From positions 164,238,001-164,302,000 of the forward strand of contig JANJGN010000009.1 of the NCBI GenBank assembly GCA_026770705.1: a DNA stretch of 64,000 nt, written 5' to 3'. The notes beneath the pieces were generated by a model, which was not told where the DNA came from, did no database searches, and worked only from the letters and a program-made list of their open reading frames with translations. A program made the translations under genes and the position numbers. The stretch's first letter is position 1, and each line of letters starts with the position of its first letter. Shown piece by piece: positions 11,865 to 23,600 of the stretch. Source of the DNA: Isurus oxyrinchus. Its lineage: Eukaryota.

Positions 11865-13286
11865 TGGGTGGTGCAGTCTGAGGAGGACCTGAGAAGGCTT
11901 CGAGAGAAAGGTGGGAAAGTGGGAGAAAGGGAGACAGAGACAGAAGCATCCATTACATTGTCCCCAGAGTTGGTCACTCTGGCAGAATCAGCATCAGCCT
12001 CAGGGAAGGAGGCAACAGTGGAGGAGACGACAGTGGTGGAGGTGGAGGTGGCGATAGCAGCGGAACTGAAGGTTGCAGTGAAGTCGGCAAAAACAGTGGA
12101 GAAGGATGAGGTGGAGCTGGTGACTGAGGAGGCTGAGGTGGAGGTGGTGACTGAGGAGGTTGAGGTGGAGGCAGTGACTGAGGAGGCTGAGGTGGAGGCA
12201 GTGACTGAGGAGGTTGAGGTGGATGCTGAGGTGGAGACGGTGACTGAGGAGGCTGAGGTGGAGGTGGTGGCAGAGGAGGCTGAGGTGGAGGCAGTGACTG
12301 AGGAGGCTGAGGAAGAGGCAGTGACTGAGGAGGCTGAGGTGGAGGCAGTGACTGAGGAGGCAGAGGTGGAGGCAGTGACTGAGGAGGCTGAGGTGGAGGT
12401 GGTGGTTGAGGAGGCTGAGGTGGAGGCAGTGACTGAGGAGGCTGAGGTGGAGGTGGTGGTTGAGGAGGCTGAGGTGGAGGCAGTGACTGAGGAGGCTGAG
12501 GTGGAGGCAGTGACTGAGGAGGCTGAGGTGGAGGTGGTGGTTGAGGAGGCTGAGGTGGAGTTGGTGGTTGAGGAGGTTGAGGTGGAGGCAGTGACTGAGG
12601 AGGCTGAGGTGGAGGTGGTGGTTGAGGAGGCTGAGGTGGAGGCAGTGACTGAGGAGGCTGAGGTGGAGGTGGTGGTTGAGGAGGCTGAGGTGGAGGCAGT
12701 GACTGAGGAGGCTGAGGTGGAGGCAGTGACTGAGGAGGCTGAGGTGGAGGCAGTGGCTGAGGAGGCTGAGGTAGAGGTAGTGGTTGAGGAGGCTGAGGTG
12801 GAGTTGGTGGTTGAGGAGGTTGAGGTGGAGGCAGTGACTGAGGAGGCTGAGGTGGAGGCAGTGACTGAGGAGGCTGAGGTGGAGGCAGTGACTGAGGAGG
12901 TTGAGGAGGAGGCAGTGACTGAGGAGGTTGAGGTGGAGGCAGTGACTGAGGAGGTTGAGGTGGAGGCAGTGACTGAGGAGGCTGAGGTGGAGGTGGTTGC
13001 CGAGGCGATGGAGGTAGTGAATGTGGGGGTGGAGGAGGAGACATCAGCAGCGGCAGCAGCAGAGACAGTGACTGAGGCTGAGGAGGGGGAGGCAGCGGCT
13101 GTGACAGTGACAGAGGGAGAAGCAGCGAAGGCGGCAGCAGCAAAGGCTGAGGCCACAGTGAGGGAGGCTGTGGAGAGGGAGGTGGAGGTGGGGCAGAGGC
13201 AGCGAGGAGACGGTACGAGACCAGGAGCAGCAACAAAACCTGCCTTGTGGTTTGTGAGGCTCAGGGCAATGGCGACTGTGAGTTGA
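11865..13286 (+). other. Long Glu/Val/Ala-rich open frame, possible exon or captured gene fragment
   Basis: 472 codons without a stop; acceptor-like ctctcattcag just before 11865; non-repeat flanks are also Glu-rich in the same frame; no ATG start. Confidence 0.4.
12108..13010 (+). repeat. 27-bp minisatellite (GAGGCAGTGACTGAGGAGGCTGAGGTG), about 33 units
   Basis: Direct reading; unit translates EAVTEEAEV. Confidence 0.97.
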
Positions 13287-13928
13287 TATCTTCCATGTGC
13301 CATGTGTGTGTCTCCGAGTCAGCGCACCGGACCACACTGCTTCTGCCCGATTAGGGCGCTTCAGTGGAGTCCGACACCAGTCCAGTGCCACCCAGCTCCC
13401 ATTCCCGAGGACAGGTGATGGAACCTGCCCAGTGCCAGGATGAGCTGCTTGGTAAGATCGGGAGGTGGGAAGTAGAGAAGGCAGCCGACCAGGAAAAGCT
13501 GGAGGATATCTCCAGGATTACTGACTGTCTCCAAGAAGAAACTCTTGTAGCCTTCAGGCAGGGTATATATATGTTTATATAGCTGCAATTTACAGTTACC
13601 TGCCACATCCCTTTTAACACTTTCTAATGCAGCATCGCTCTGATCAGAATCAGATTTATTGGGGTTGTGCAAATGTCTCCCCAGACTCTGATATAACAAT
13701 AAAAAGCTGCTTTTTCCTTTCCAGTTGCAGTAAGAGGAATGTCCCAGCCTCTCAATGTGACAGGGCAGCCCAGGACTATGTCTCTCAGTGCAACACCCAG
13801 GAACACACACAGTGCAGCCCCCACATTGATTGTTCCAGTTGTGGGGGGAAAGCCTGCATGTGGAGTAAGTGTACAATTGGGAAGATATTGATTCTCACAA
13901 CATCTCCACGGCTTTAAATCAAATTGAG

Positions 13929-14035
13929 TTCTGTTGAAGGGTCATGAGGACTCGAAACTTCAACTTTGCTCTTCTCCGCCGATGCTGACAGACCTGCTGA
14001 GTTTTTCCACTTATTTCTGTTTTTGTTTTATTCTG
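13929..14035 (+). mobile_element. Penelope-type terminal fragment with hammerhead-like motif
   Basis: ctgttgaagggtcatgaggactcgaaac...gatgctgacagacctgctgagtttttcc shared with five other copies. Confidence 0.65.
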
Positions 14036-14210
14036 AATGTTTTGTCTGGAGTCAATTACAAGCAGCGTAGACAATGTCTGTGTTTTAATTGTGTCTGGCT
14101 GTCCTCGTTTTTCACAAGAAAATTTGCCAGGCTTTTACTCAACTTTTATTCTGAGTGTTTTTTCTGAGTTTATGGAGATATAACCTCATATTCTGCTGAA
14201 ATGCACTTTA

Positions 14211-14373
14211 NNNNNNNNNNNNNNNNNNNNNNNNNNNNNNNNNNNNNNNNNNNNNNNNNNNNNNNNNNNNNNNNNNNNNNNNNNNNNNNNNNNNNNNNNN
14301 NNNNNNNNNNNNNNNNNNNNNNNNNNNNNNNNNNNNNNNNNNNNNNNNNNNNNNNNNNNNNNNNNNNNNNNNN
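14211..14373. other. Assembly gap (163 N)
   Basis: Run of n. Confidence 1.
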
Positions 14374-15194
14374 CCTCAGTCACCCACACACACACCCACA
14401 CACAAATATCCTCAATCACCCACACACACACACACAAACGCAGTCAAACATATGCACACACACAAATATCCTCAATAACCCCACAAACACACATACGCAC
14501 AGACAGCAATATCGTCAATCACCCCACACACACACACACAAACCTAAGCACACACAGTAATATCCTCAATCACCCCCACACATACACACACATACACACA
14601 CACACAAACCTAAGCACACACAGTTATATCCTCAATCACCCCCACACACACACACACACATACACACACACACACAAACCTAAGCACACACAGTAATATC
14701 CTCAATCACCCCCACACACACACACACACATACACACACACACACAAACATAAGCACACACAGTAATATCCTCAATCACCCACACACACACACACATACA
14801 CACACACACACAAACATAAGCACACACAGTAATATCCTCAATCACCCCCACACACACACACACATACACACACACACAAACCTAAGCACACACAATAATA
14901 TCCTCAATCACCCCCCCACACACACACATACACACATACACACACACATACACACACACACACACAAACATAAGCACACATAGTAATATCCTCAATCACC
15001 CCCACACACACACACACATTCACACACACACACACATACACACACACACACACAAACATAAGCACACACAGTAATATCCTCAATCACCCACACACACACA
15101 CACACACACATTCACACACACACACACAAACATAAGCACACACAGTAATATCCTCAATTAACCCCCCCCACACACACACACATACACACACACA

Positions 15195-15235
<41 letters not shown>

Positions 15236-15310
15236 GCACACACACACACACAAACATAAGCACACACACTAATATCCTCAATCACCCACACACATACACA
15301 CACACACAAA
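14374..15310. repeat. Compound minisatellite of about 60-65 bp (AATATCCTCAATCACCC + (CA)n + AAACMTAAGCACACACAGT)
   Basis: Direct reading; about 14 units with variable CA tracts. Confidence 0.95.
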
Positions 15311-16099
15311 CATGGGAATGCGTGATTCAGTTCATTGTTGACTTTCTTGATCCTCATTTGGCCCTGCAATATATCAGTGCACCAGCAATAAACACCAACA
15401 GATAAACGGGAAAAGTAACCAGTTTGGACCAGTACTACTTACATCACCAGTATTTCTGGCTGTTCCTACTGGGCGACCGGTAATACAGCTGATTTTGACA
15501 GTTTTACTGGTCCTACCTAGTTCAGAACTGGTCTTGATTTACCAGTTTGGAATTGGGATCTACTGGTGCCGGTATTACAGGGACTTCCTTCGGGAATGAC
15601 AATAAATGAATGTGCTTCTCAACTCATTGCATTGTCAACCTGAGGTCCATTGCTTTAGACATGTAAGAGTGAAGACTTTACCCATGTGGAACAGATTGCC
15701 TTTAGAGGCCTGAGTTTCCTTCCGGTTTCAATGGTTGAAAACTTTTTGTTGTGTACAGAATGGTGAGGGTGGATGTTCAATCCTAAATGAACGTAGTTCA
15801 GTTTCAGCGCAGTTCATTAACTCCACAAATAATTTAACAATTGATGACCAACGTAAATAAAGAGTTGAACTCTGAAAAAAATGTTTTCAAAGCTGTTGCA
15901 CCTTGTCATGTAGATGGTGGCTTGAAACCACAAGAAAAATGTGCTGCTATTGTTAGGATTGAGGTGTGACAGAAAGCTGTGAATGTACAACAGGTGTTAG
16001 TCACAAAATGAAGGGTTGTGTTTGCAAATGGGAGAAGAAGAAGAATTGCATTGTTACAGGGCAAACACGTTGGCAGTAAGTGTTTGAAGGTTAAGCAGC

Positions 16100-19000
16100 T
16101 TCAGCTCAGAACAGACACTGAGACACACAAGGGAGAAGGAAAGTTACCTGGATTCTTTGTGCCAGGAGGCAATCACAGCTCTTAGGACAGGGTGAGTGTG
16201 ACTGCGAGTGCGGCAGGTAAAGGGACCCAGAGGGCAGGAGCGCAGGAGCCTCAGCCTTTACAATTGTTCTACAGGTCTGAACTTTTCTCAGCTTGTTTGG
16301 ACAAGAGCAGCGGGTGAGCAGGGGGGATGAGCGAACTGACCTTGGCACCATGGCACAGGAAACCATCCAAGTGGGGGGAGCAAACAGGAATGTAGCGGTA
16401 GTGAGGGATAGTATAGTCAGAGGGATTGACACCGTTCTCTGCAGCAAACAGCGTGAGTCCACACGAACATGTTGCCTGCCCGGTGCCAGGGTGTGGGATG
16501 TCGGCTCAGGGCTGGGGAGGAACTTGCATTGGGAGGGGGAGCACCCACTCATCGTGGTCCATGTAAGCACCAATGACATAGGCAGCACAGAGAAGGTGGT
16601 TCTGCACAATCAGTGTGAGGAATGAGGCACCAGATTAAGAAGCAGAACCACAAAGGTCATAACCGATGGATTATTACCTGAGCCATGTGCAAATTGCCAC
16701 AGGACAAATCAGACTCAGGAGGTGAATGTGCCTCAAAGGCTGGTGTGGAAGAAGTGGGTTCTGGTTTGTAGGGCACAAGAACCAGTACTGGGGAAAGTGG
16801 GATCTGTACCATTGGGATGGTCTACACCTGAACCGTGCTGGGACCAGTGTTCTTGCAAGCCACATAACTAGGGAAGTAGAGAGGGTTTTAAACTAAATAG
16901 TGGACAACAGATCATATTCGGGATAATGTTGTAATTCAATGGGCAGAGACAAGTCAAAAGATGAAGGTATTATTAGGAAAGATGAAAAACAGACACTGAC
17001 AAGGGGGTATAGTGAGAACAAATCTAATAGTAAATCAACCGATGAAACTAAAAGTTATAAAAGCATAAAAGGATAAAACTAAAAGCTCTGTATCTGAATG
17101 CACGTAGCATTCAAAACAAAACAGATGAACTGAGAGCGCACATAGAAATCAATAATTACAATTTGATAGCCATTACGGAGACATGGCTGCAGGAGGACAT
17201 GGATTGGGATGTGAATATTGAAGGGTACAGGGTACTTAGGAAAGACAGGAAGCGAGGAAAAGGTGTAGCGGTGGCTCTGTTAGTGAATGATGGTATTAGT
17301 ACAAGAGAGGAAGAAATAATTGGAGCTTGTCAGAAAGTCATGGTGATAATCATGGGAGACTTTAATTTACATATAGAATGGAAAAGTCAGATGGGCAAAG
17401 ATAGCCTAACAGAGGAGTACATTGAATGTTTTCAAGATAGTTTCTGAGAACGGCATGTTCTGGATTCAGCCAGACAGCAGGCTATACTAGACCTGCTATT
17501 GTGCAGTGAGATGGGAGGAATTAACGATCTCACCATGAAGATGCCCCTAGGAAACAGTGACCATAATAGGATGAATTTTACATTCAGTTTGAAGGAGAGA
17601 GGAGTGGGTCTGTGTCTAAGGCGGGGATTTTTGGGCCCTGCTGCTGGTGGGACTCGCTGTGGGGGAGGCAGTTCCCCAGTCAGAAGCCCCAGTGACTTGC
17701 GACAGGACAGGAAGGGCCGGCGAGCGGGTGTGGAAAATCCACACTGCAATTATAAGGACATGAAAGCTGGGATGGCTAAAGTGAATTGGCAAAATAGGTT
17801 AAGGGACAGGTCAATCGAGATGCAATGGCTCATATTTGAGGGGATATTTCAGAATGCACGTTCCAACGAGTAAGAAAAAGTCTAAGTGACGGACACACCA
17901 TCCGTGGTTAACTTGAATGTTTAAACATAGTATCAACCTCGAAGGAAAAGTATATAATTCTGCAAAGACAGGTGGCAGGTCAGAAGATTGGACAGAATAA
18001 AAGGAACAGAAAAGAATGACTAAAAGACTAATAAGAAGGGAAAATTTAGTTTATGAGAGAATATAACAGGAATATAACAACAGATAGGAAGTCTTTATAA
18101 GCACGTAAAAAAGAAAAGAGTGAACAAAGTGTGTGCTGGTCCTATAGAAGGTGAGCCTGGAGAATTGATAATGGAAAACAAGGAGATGGCAGATGAATTG
18201 AACAGGCATTTTGCACCAGTCATATTGAAAATGTTAGAAGCTATTATTAAAGAAATTATAGCAGGACACTTGGATAAGGTCATGGTCATCAGGCAGAATC
18301 AACATGGTTTTGTGAAAGGGAAATCTGTTCAACCAGTTTTTTGGAGTTCTTTGAGGAAGTAACATGTGCTGTGGAGAAAGGGGAACTGGTGGATGTACTG
18401 TACTGAGGTTTCTAGAAGGCATTTCATAAGTTATTGTGGAAAATAAAAGCTCATGGTATAGGGGGTCACATACTGGTATGGATAGAAAATTGTCTGGCTA
18501 ACAAGAAACAGAGAGTAGGCATGAATGAGTCTTTTTTAGTTTGGCAAGATATAAGAGTGTTGTGGCACAGGGATCATTGCTGGGACCTCAACAGTTTACA
18601 CTTAATATCAACGACTTGGATGAAGGGTTTGAAGGGATGGTTTCTGAATGTGCTGATGACACAAAGATAGGTAGAAAGTAAGTTGTGAAGAGGACATAAG
18701 GAGGCTACAAAAAGATATAGATAGGTTTAGACAGTGGGCAAAGATCTGGAAAATGGAGTATAATGTGGGAAAATGTAAAATTGTCCATTTTGGCAGGAAG
18801 AATAAAAGAGAAGCATGTTATCTTAATGGTGAGAGATTGCAGAGCTCTGAGGTGCAGAGGGATCTGGCTGTCCTAGTGCATGAATCACAAAAGGTTAGTA
18901 TGGAGATACCGCAAGTAATTAGGAAAGCTGATAGAATGATTTCATTTATTGTGAAGGAGATTGAATTCAAAAGTAGGGAAGTTATTCTTCATCTGCATAA

Positions 19001-19400
19001 GGCACGAGTGAGACTACATTTGGAGGACTCTGTACAGTATTGGTCACATTATTTAAGGAAGGATGAAATGCATTGGAAGCAGTTCAGAGAAGGTTTACCA
19101 GGCTAATACCAGGAATGGGTGGATTGTCTAATGAGGAAAGGTTGGACAGACTAGGCTTCTATCTGCTGGAGTTTAGAAGAGTAAGAAGCGAATTGATTGA
19201 AACATATAAGTTCCTGAGGGGTCTTGACAGGGTGAGTGCAGAGAGGATGTTTCCTCTTGTGGGAAAATGAGGGGTCACCAATTTAGAACAGAGATTAGGT
19301 GATTTTTTTGAACTCAGAGGCTCGTGAGTCTTTGGAAATCTCTTCCTGAAAAGGTGGTGAAGGGGAGGCTTCGAATATTTTTAAGGTAGAGGTGGATTGG
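16100..19400 (+). mobile_element. Decayed near-full-length CR1 LINE (ORF1 SGNH esterase, ORF2 endonuclease and RT), internally deleted
   Basis: DSIVRG..CLPGARV..VVHVSTND (esterase); LYLNARSI, IAITETWL, IMGDFN, SDH (APE); QHGFVKGKS, WIENCL, YNVGKCKIVHFG (RT); many stops and frameshifts. Confidence 0.92.
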
Positions 19401-19538
19401 TACAAATCAGCAGTAACTTGTGGCAATTCACGATTCATTGGCTTTTTTTTTCATCGTCAAAAGTTGCTGATGATTTTCACATTAAAAGAGGTGTTTGTTG
19501 TTCATACCCCATTATATTTTCAGTACGTTCTAGCCCAT

Positions 19539-20135
19539 TGTTATAGAAATGGTTTTCCAGGCAACTTTTCTGGGTGGAAACATTGAACTTTATTTACAAG
19601 ACAGCAGCAGCAGCTACATGTGTGTATCTAACTCTATAACTAAAGGACAATTCCCCGTGGAGGTTCCCCATGCTGCAAATTGGTTGGTTTACACAGATCA
19701 TGTTCTCTTACAACAAAGGATTATTCTTAATGTTACAGTCCTACATTGATCAAAACTATAATTATTACATTCCTCACCCTTTACCTTTTCTGTACATTTG
19801 TATTTACAAGGATGTTGATCTCATGACATTAAAATACTTCCACAGGTCATGAAATTATAAGCTTGGTCTTTCAAGTGGTTCCATGTGGAACGTTTTAGTT
19901 TCATGACCTCAGATTCTCTGACAGGAACCACAGTCTCTGCAATAACATCAGGTACCTCATTAGGCACAGGCTGATCAGTGTCGTCCACTCCGACAGAGAC
20001 ATCGGGCATGACTATCCTTGGCTGTACAATTTTAACAGGAACAACAGGTTCAACAATGGCTACAGGTGGAAAATTATTTTGTGCGGTATCTCCATTCTTT
20101 TTAAATCAATCAGGAGCTTACCGGTGATCTACAAA
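19539..20135 (-). mobile_element. Gypsy-like LTR retrotransposon 3' remnant: integrase tail, PPT (19770-19790), 3' LTR (19539-19769)
   Basis: Minus strand reads GAAAAGGTAAAGGGTGAGGAA|TGTAAT...ATAACA with an internal AATAAA; low-complexity V/P/E tail upstream. Confidence 0.55.
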
Positions 20136-20279
20136 GATTAGTAAATAAAACCAAAATATTAAGAAATCTCTGTATTCAATTTGACAACTAAATTTCAGAA
20201 ATGAAAAAAATACCTCTGTTCCTGTGGGGTTTGTGGAAATTGGGAGGGGGTTCCTGTTCTAAATCACTTCACAATTCAG

Positions 20280-20490
20280 TATAAATACTAGTTCAGCTCA
20301 TCGTTATCCATATGCTCTAACTTTTTAACATTCTTGTTTTCAGGATTTTATATCCTTTCAATTAAAATTAGTTTAGTTCTTTTGTTAAATATAACTGACA
20401 GAAGTTCAAGTTCTCAGGGGTCAGATTTCATCAGCTGCCTTAATGTGGTTTCATGACCTGGCTTCCTGCTATCTTCTTCCTCATTTAAAT
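20280..20490 (+). promoter_or_regulatory. Putative haematopoietic proximal promoter: TATAAATA (20280), E-box CAGCTG (20432), RUNX TGTGGTTT (20444), ETS CAGGAAGC (minus strand, 20461), PU.1-like AAATGAGGAAG (minus strand, 20476-20486)
   Basis: E-box/RUNX/ETS/PU.1 cluster 100-150 nt upstream of the ATG, TATA-like motif about 300 nt upstream; motif matches only. Confidence 0.45.
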
Positions 20491-20583
20491 TCCTTGTATC
20501 ATTTATATTAGACAATTATTTCAACGTGAGAAACAAGAGCTGAGTGTCTGGAAACAAGTTCTGTCCTGATCTTTGTGAACAAA

Positions 20584-20623
20584 ATGATGTGGATTTTGAT
20601 TCTCCTCATTAGTTCTCTGCCCG
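20584..20623 (+). CDS. Exon 1, signal peptide (MMWILILLISSLP)
   Basis: aaaATGATG start, hydrophobic stretch, donor G|gtgagt in phase 1; continues VSGALW in exon 2. Confidence 0.85.
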
Positions 20624-23600
20624 GTGAGTGACAGCCAGAGCTGGATGTTCCGATATTCTGAGTTGGTTTAACTCTCGTGCGCTGGTTATACAGGAGATGT
20701 TTAAATATTTGGAGACATGCAAAGGCACAAGAGAGGTCTTGGGCACAGTGGGTAGTGTCTCTGTATCTGAGCCAAAAGCTCTGTGTTTGAGTCCCACTTC
20801 TGTTCTTGTTGAGAATGGAAGGCGCGTTCTAACCAGGACCAACAGATTGATTATCAACCTGAAAATCTTCCAACAGACCGAAGGCTGGTGGTAAGAGGGT
20901 TTAAGATCCCAGTCCAACATGTTTGATGTGGAGTGGTGCCGCTCATTCTGTTGTCTCCGGAGGTTAGTGACCTGTTCCAGGGAAAACAAGCTTTGGAAAG
21001 CAAAAGTAAACATGTGCTTTGTCTGCCGCATCCGTCTCTAGATGTGGGAAGTCTCCTAAGTCTAAAGGCACAAAATAGTCAGCAAAACCAAATGAGTAAT
21101 AATTGTGAAGTATTTTATTACCCTGTGAATTAACTATCACACCATGGGAATAGTTAACAAATAAACTGAACTGCATTATTAATTATGAATGATAAGTAAA
21201 GGAGAATTAAATTTTCAGAATGCTATGCAAGCAACATTTTGAAAATGAAAACCTTTTTTAATTGGTAATTTTCAATATAATCTGATGTCCAGTATAGACT
21301 GAAGACTGCAGCGGTAATAATCCCACAAATAAAACATGTCCCAAGTTGGCGAATATTTCTGTTTTTTAAAGTACAGTTGATGAAATATTGTGTTATGAGG
21401 CTCTCTCAGTGACACTGTTCCTCACTGGTAGATGGTTGGTCTACATCACTCTTCTCATAAGTAGCCTTTTCTTGTTCATTCTTTAACTTTAAGAAACTAG
21501 ATTTTGCTCATCACTCAGTATTGCCACCTCTCCATCATTTCGATGAATCTATTTTATAACACACAATGTTAAACTCCCAGCCCCATCTGCTCTTAACCAC
21601 CTCCCCAAAATAGTTTGTGCCTCTAGCTGATCAATTTAATGCAGAATACTCGATGTACTTATGGACAGGAAACTGAATCATGTTTCTGTCTGTTTGGCAA
21701 TCTTCTTCTTTTCAATCCTTCCTCTTTCTGATCTGATCTCTTTCCCATTCCCTTTTCATCTGTAACTTTTCCTGTATCTTTTTCCTTTTCTTCACTTCTC
21801 TCTAGCCATTTAATTATTTTCAATCTCTCTTTTGTTATTTTAGTGCAAACTCTTTCCCCACAGCATGAGTTTCTCTCCCAGCAAGGCCATTGGTCTCATG
21901 AAAGTTCACGTCAAGGCATCCAAATCCCTACCTCAGGAATCCATCCATACTGTAAGGCCACCTATCACACAACCTCGCAAACCTTCAAGACCTTCAAATC
22001 CTACCTTTGGACATCCCTAACTCATTCAAGATCTGAACAACCCCTCCTGCAAGGACACAAACCTACCCCGCACCCCACCCATCTCAGATCAGAGCAGGGA
22101 ACTGTCGGATCCTGTGACCCCCTCCACACTGCTCCCCAGCCGACTGCAAATCAGGCCTGTCAATCAGGCTGGTTTCTGGCTGTGGAACCTCCTGATGATG
22201 TCAAACGCAGTCTAGGGTGAAACCCCAAAATATGAGGCAGAACCCCAATTTCCAGGTTCCCTCACTCTACCAGCCCCTGCCAATATGTCAAGAAAATGTC
22301 CCAATTATCTCACGAGTATATCATTGTCTGAGACGTGCTTTGGAACCACAGTGAGGCTCTGATAAGTGTCTATATGAATGATTACTCTCATCACAAACTT
22401 GATGGAATTTAACTCATTAAAATGCATCTGTTTGAATTAAGCAGTTATTTCCAGTTCAATTCCTGAAATGTTGTCTCCTCAGTTTCAGGTGCATTGTGGG
22501 CAAAAGAGAGAGTAACAGGAGTTGTGGGAAGAGCGATCACAATAGAATGTCACTATGATGCGTGGTACAAGTCACATATAAAATATTGGTGTCGCGGCTG
22601 GACTCGCCAGTGTAATGTTGTAGCATCAACAAATAGGCCAAATGGAAGAATATCGGTCACAGATAACAAGTCACAAGGAATATTTATTGTTACTATGAAG
22701 GATCTTCACTCAGGAGATACAGGATGGTACAGCTGTGGTATTGAAGCAACTGGCCACGATCCAATGTTTAATGTAAAGCTACAAATATCTTACGGTACAT
22801 TTCTTACTGTTTTTCTTTATTACTCTCGACTGAAATGTCTGCTCAATGTTTTATCTGGGAGGAAACATGACAGCTCCGATATCCCGAGGCTCCACAGCAA
22901 TGCAGAGTCTTAAAGGTAAAGGGCAGAGGTCGGGAAATCCGACTCATGTTACCCAAACCCAATTCATGGCCTGTCAAACATGTCAGAATTGAACGTTACA
23001 AGTGAACTAAACGGAAATTGAGAAGTTGTTTTGATGGTAAAAGAAGCCTCTTTATTAATTGTTGAGACATTGGGCTGGATATTCAGCCTCAAAGCTGGTA
23101 GGGGCAATTCAGAAAATTCCCCGCTCGGCCTTGGAAGAAAGTGCCCACAAAGGTGGGATTCCCATTGCTGGGAGCTGTGCCCGGGCTGCAGTCTGGCCAG
23201 CCACACCAGGAAGAAATGCAGAGGCAGCCACAGGGGCTGCCGGCTGCGGAGACGGGCTGTTTAAAAGGCCCCTCCTTAATGCCCTTGGACTTTGTAACAG
23301 CTAAACTCAAAACACAAAGGCCCTTCACCCCTCACCCCTCACAGCCCCCAAAGCGGGTGGATGTGAGGGGAAAATTTGTCATGAGGGGGCTTGGAGGTGG
23401 GTGGAAGTGTACAGCTTGAAGTCAGGAGCATGAGGGGGTATAAGGCGTGGGTATAGGGATAGAGGGGGAACGAAGGGCCAAGCGGGTTGGATGGGGGTGT
23501 GACTTGACATAGCGGGCATGAGATGCACCTTTTGAACTTAGCTGTTAAAAGATCCCCTCATGCAGACCAGTGTTTACAGCTCCTCTGAGGGGCTTTGGAC

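Larger units (their letters stand above)
11239..15594. mobile_element. Putative CACTA/EnSpm-like TIR element with subterminal ACTGG/CCAGT repeats
   Basis: CCCGGTAGGAAGT ... ACTTCCTTCGGG imperfect inverted termini; ACTGG/CCAGT clusters at 11707-11820 and 15415-15575; TSD not resolved; contains an assembly gap. Confidence 0.5.

Noticed and set aside
11861-13303. 480-aa Ser/Thr mucin-like ORF and 420-aa Pro/Gln extensin-like ORF on the minus strand
   Set aside because: Both are reverse-frame shadows of the 27-bp repeat. They have no signal peptide or supporting splice structure and are on the opposite strand to the receptor genes.
12108-15310. Repeat arrays as CRISPR-like or Ig switch-like regions
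   Set aside because: No unique spacers or cas genes, and the context is eukaryotic. The G-rich array lacks the dense AGCT motifs of switch regions and no Ig constant exons are nearby.
16100-19400. CR1 as an active or domesticated esterase/RT gene
   Set aside because: Multiple stops, frameshifts, internal deletions and a nested insert at about 17620-17740.
22483-22900. V exon as a rearranging Ig/TCR V segment
   Set aside because: The domain is complete with its own G strand, ends at a splice donor, and I saw no heptamer-nonamer RSS after it.
22795-22913. Read-through of the V exon (and of the C2 exon to 29243) as secreted isoforms
   Set aside because: Canonical donors are present and the extensions look like ordinary intron; no transcript evidence.
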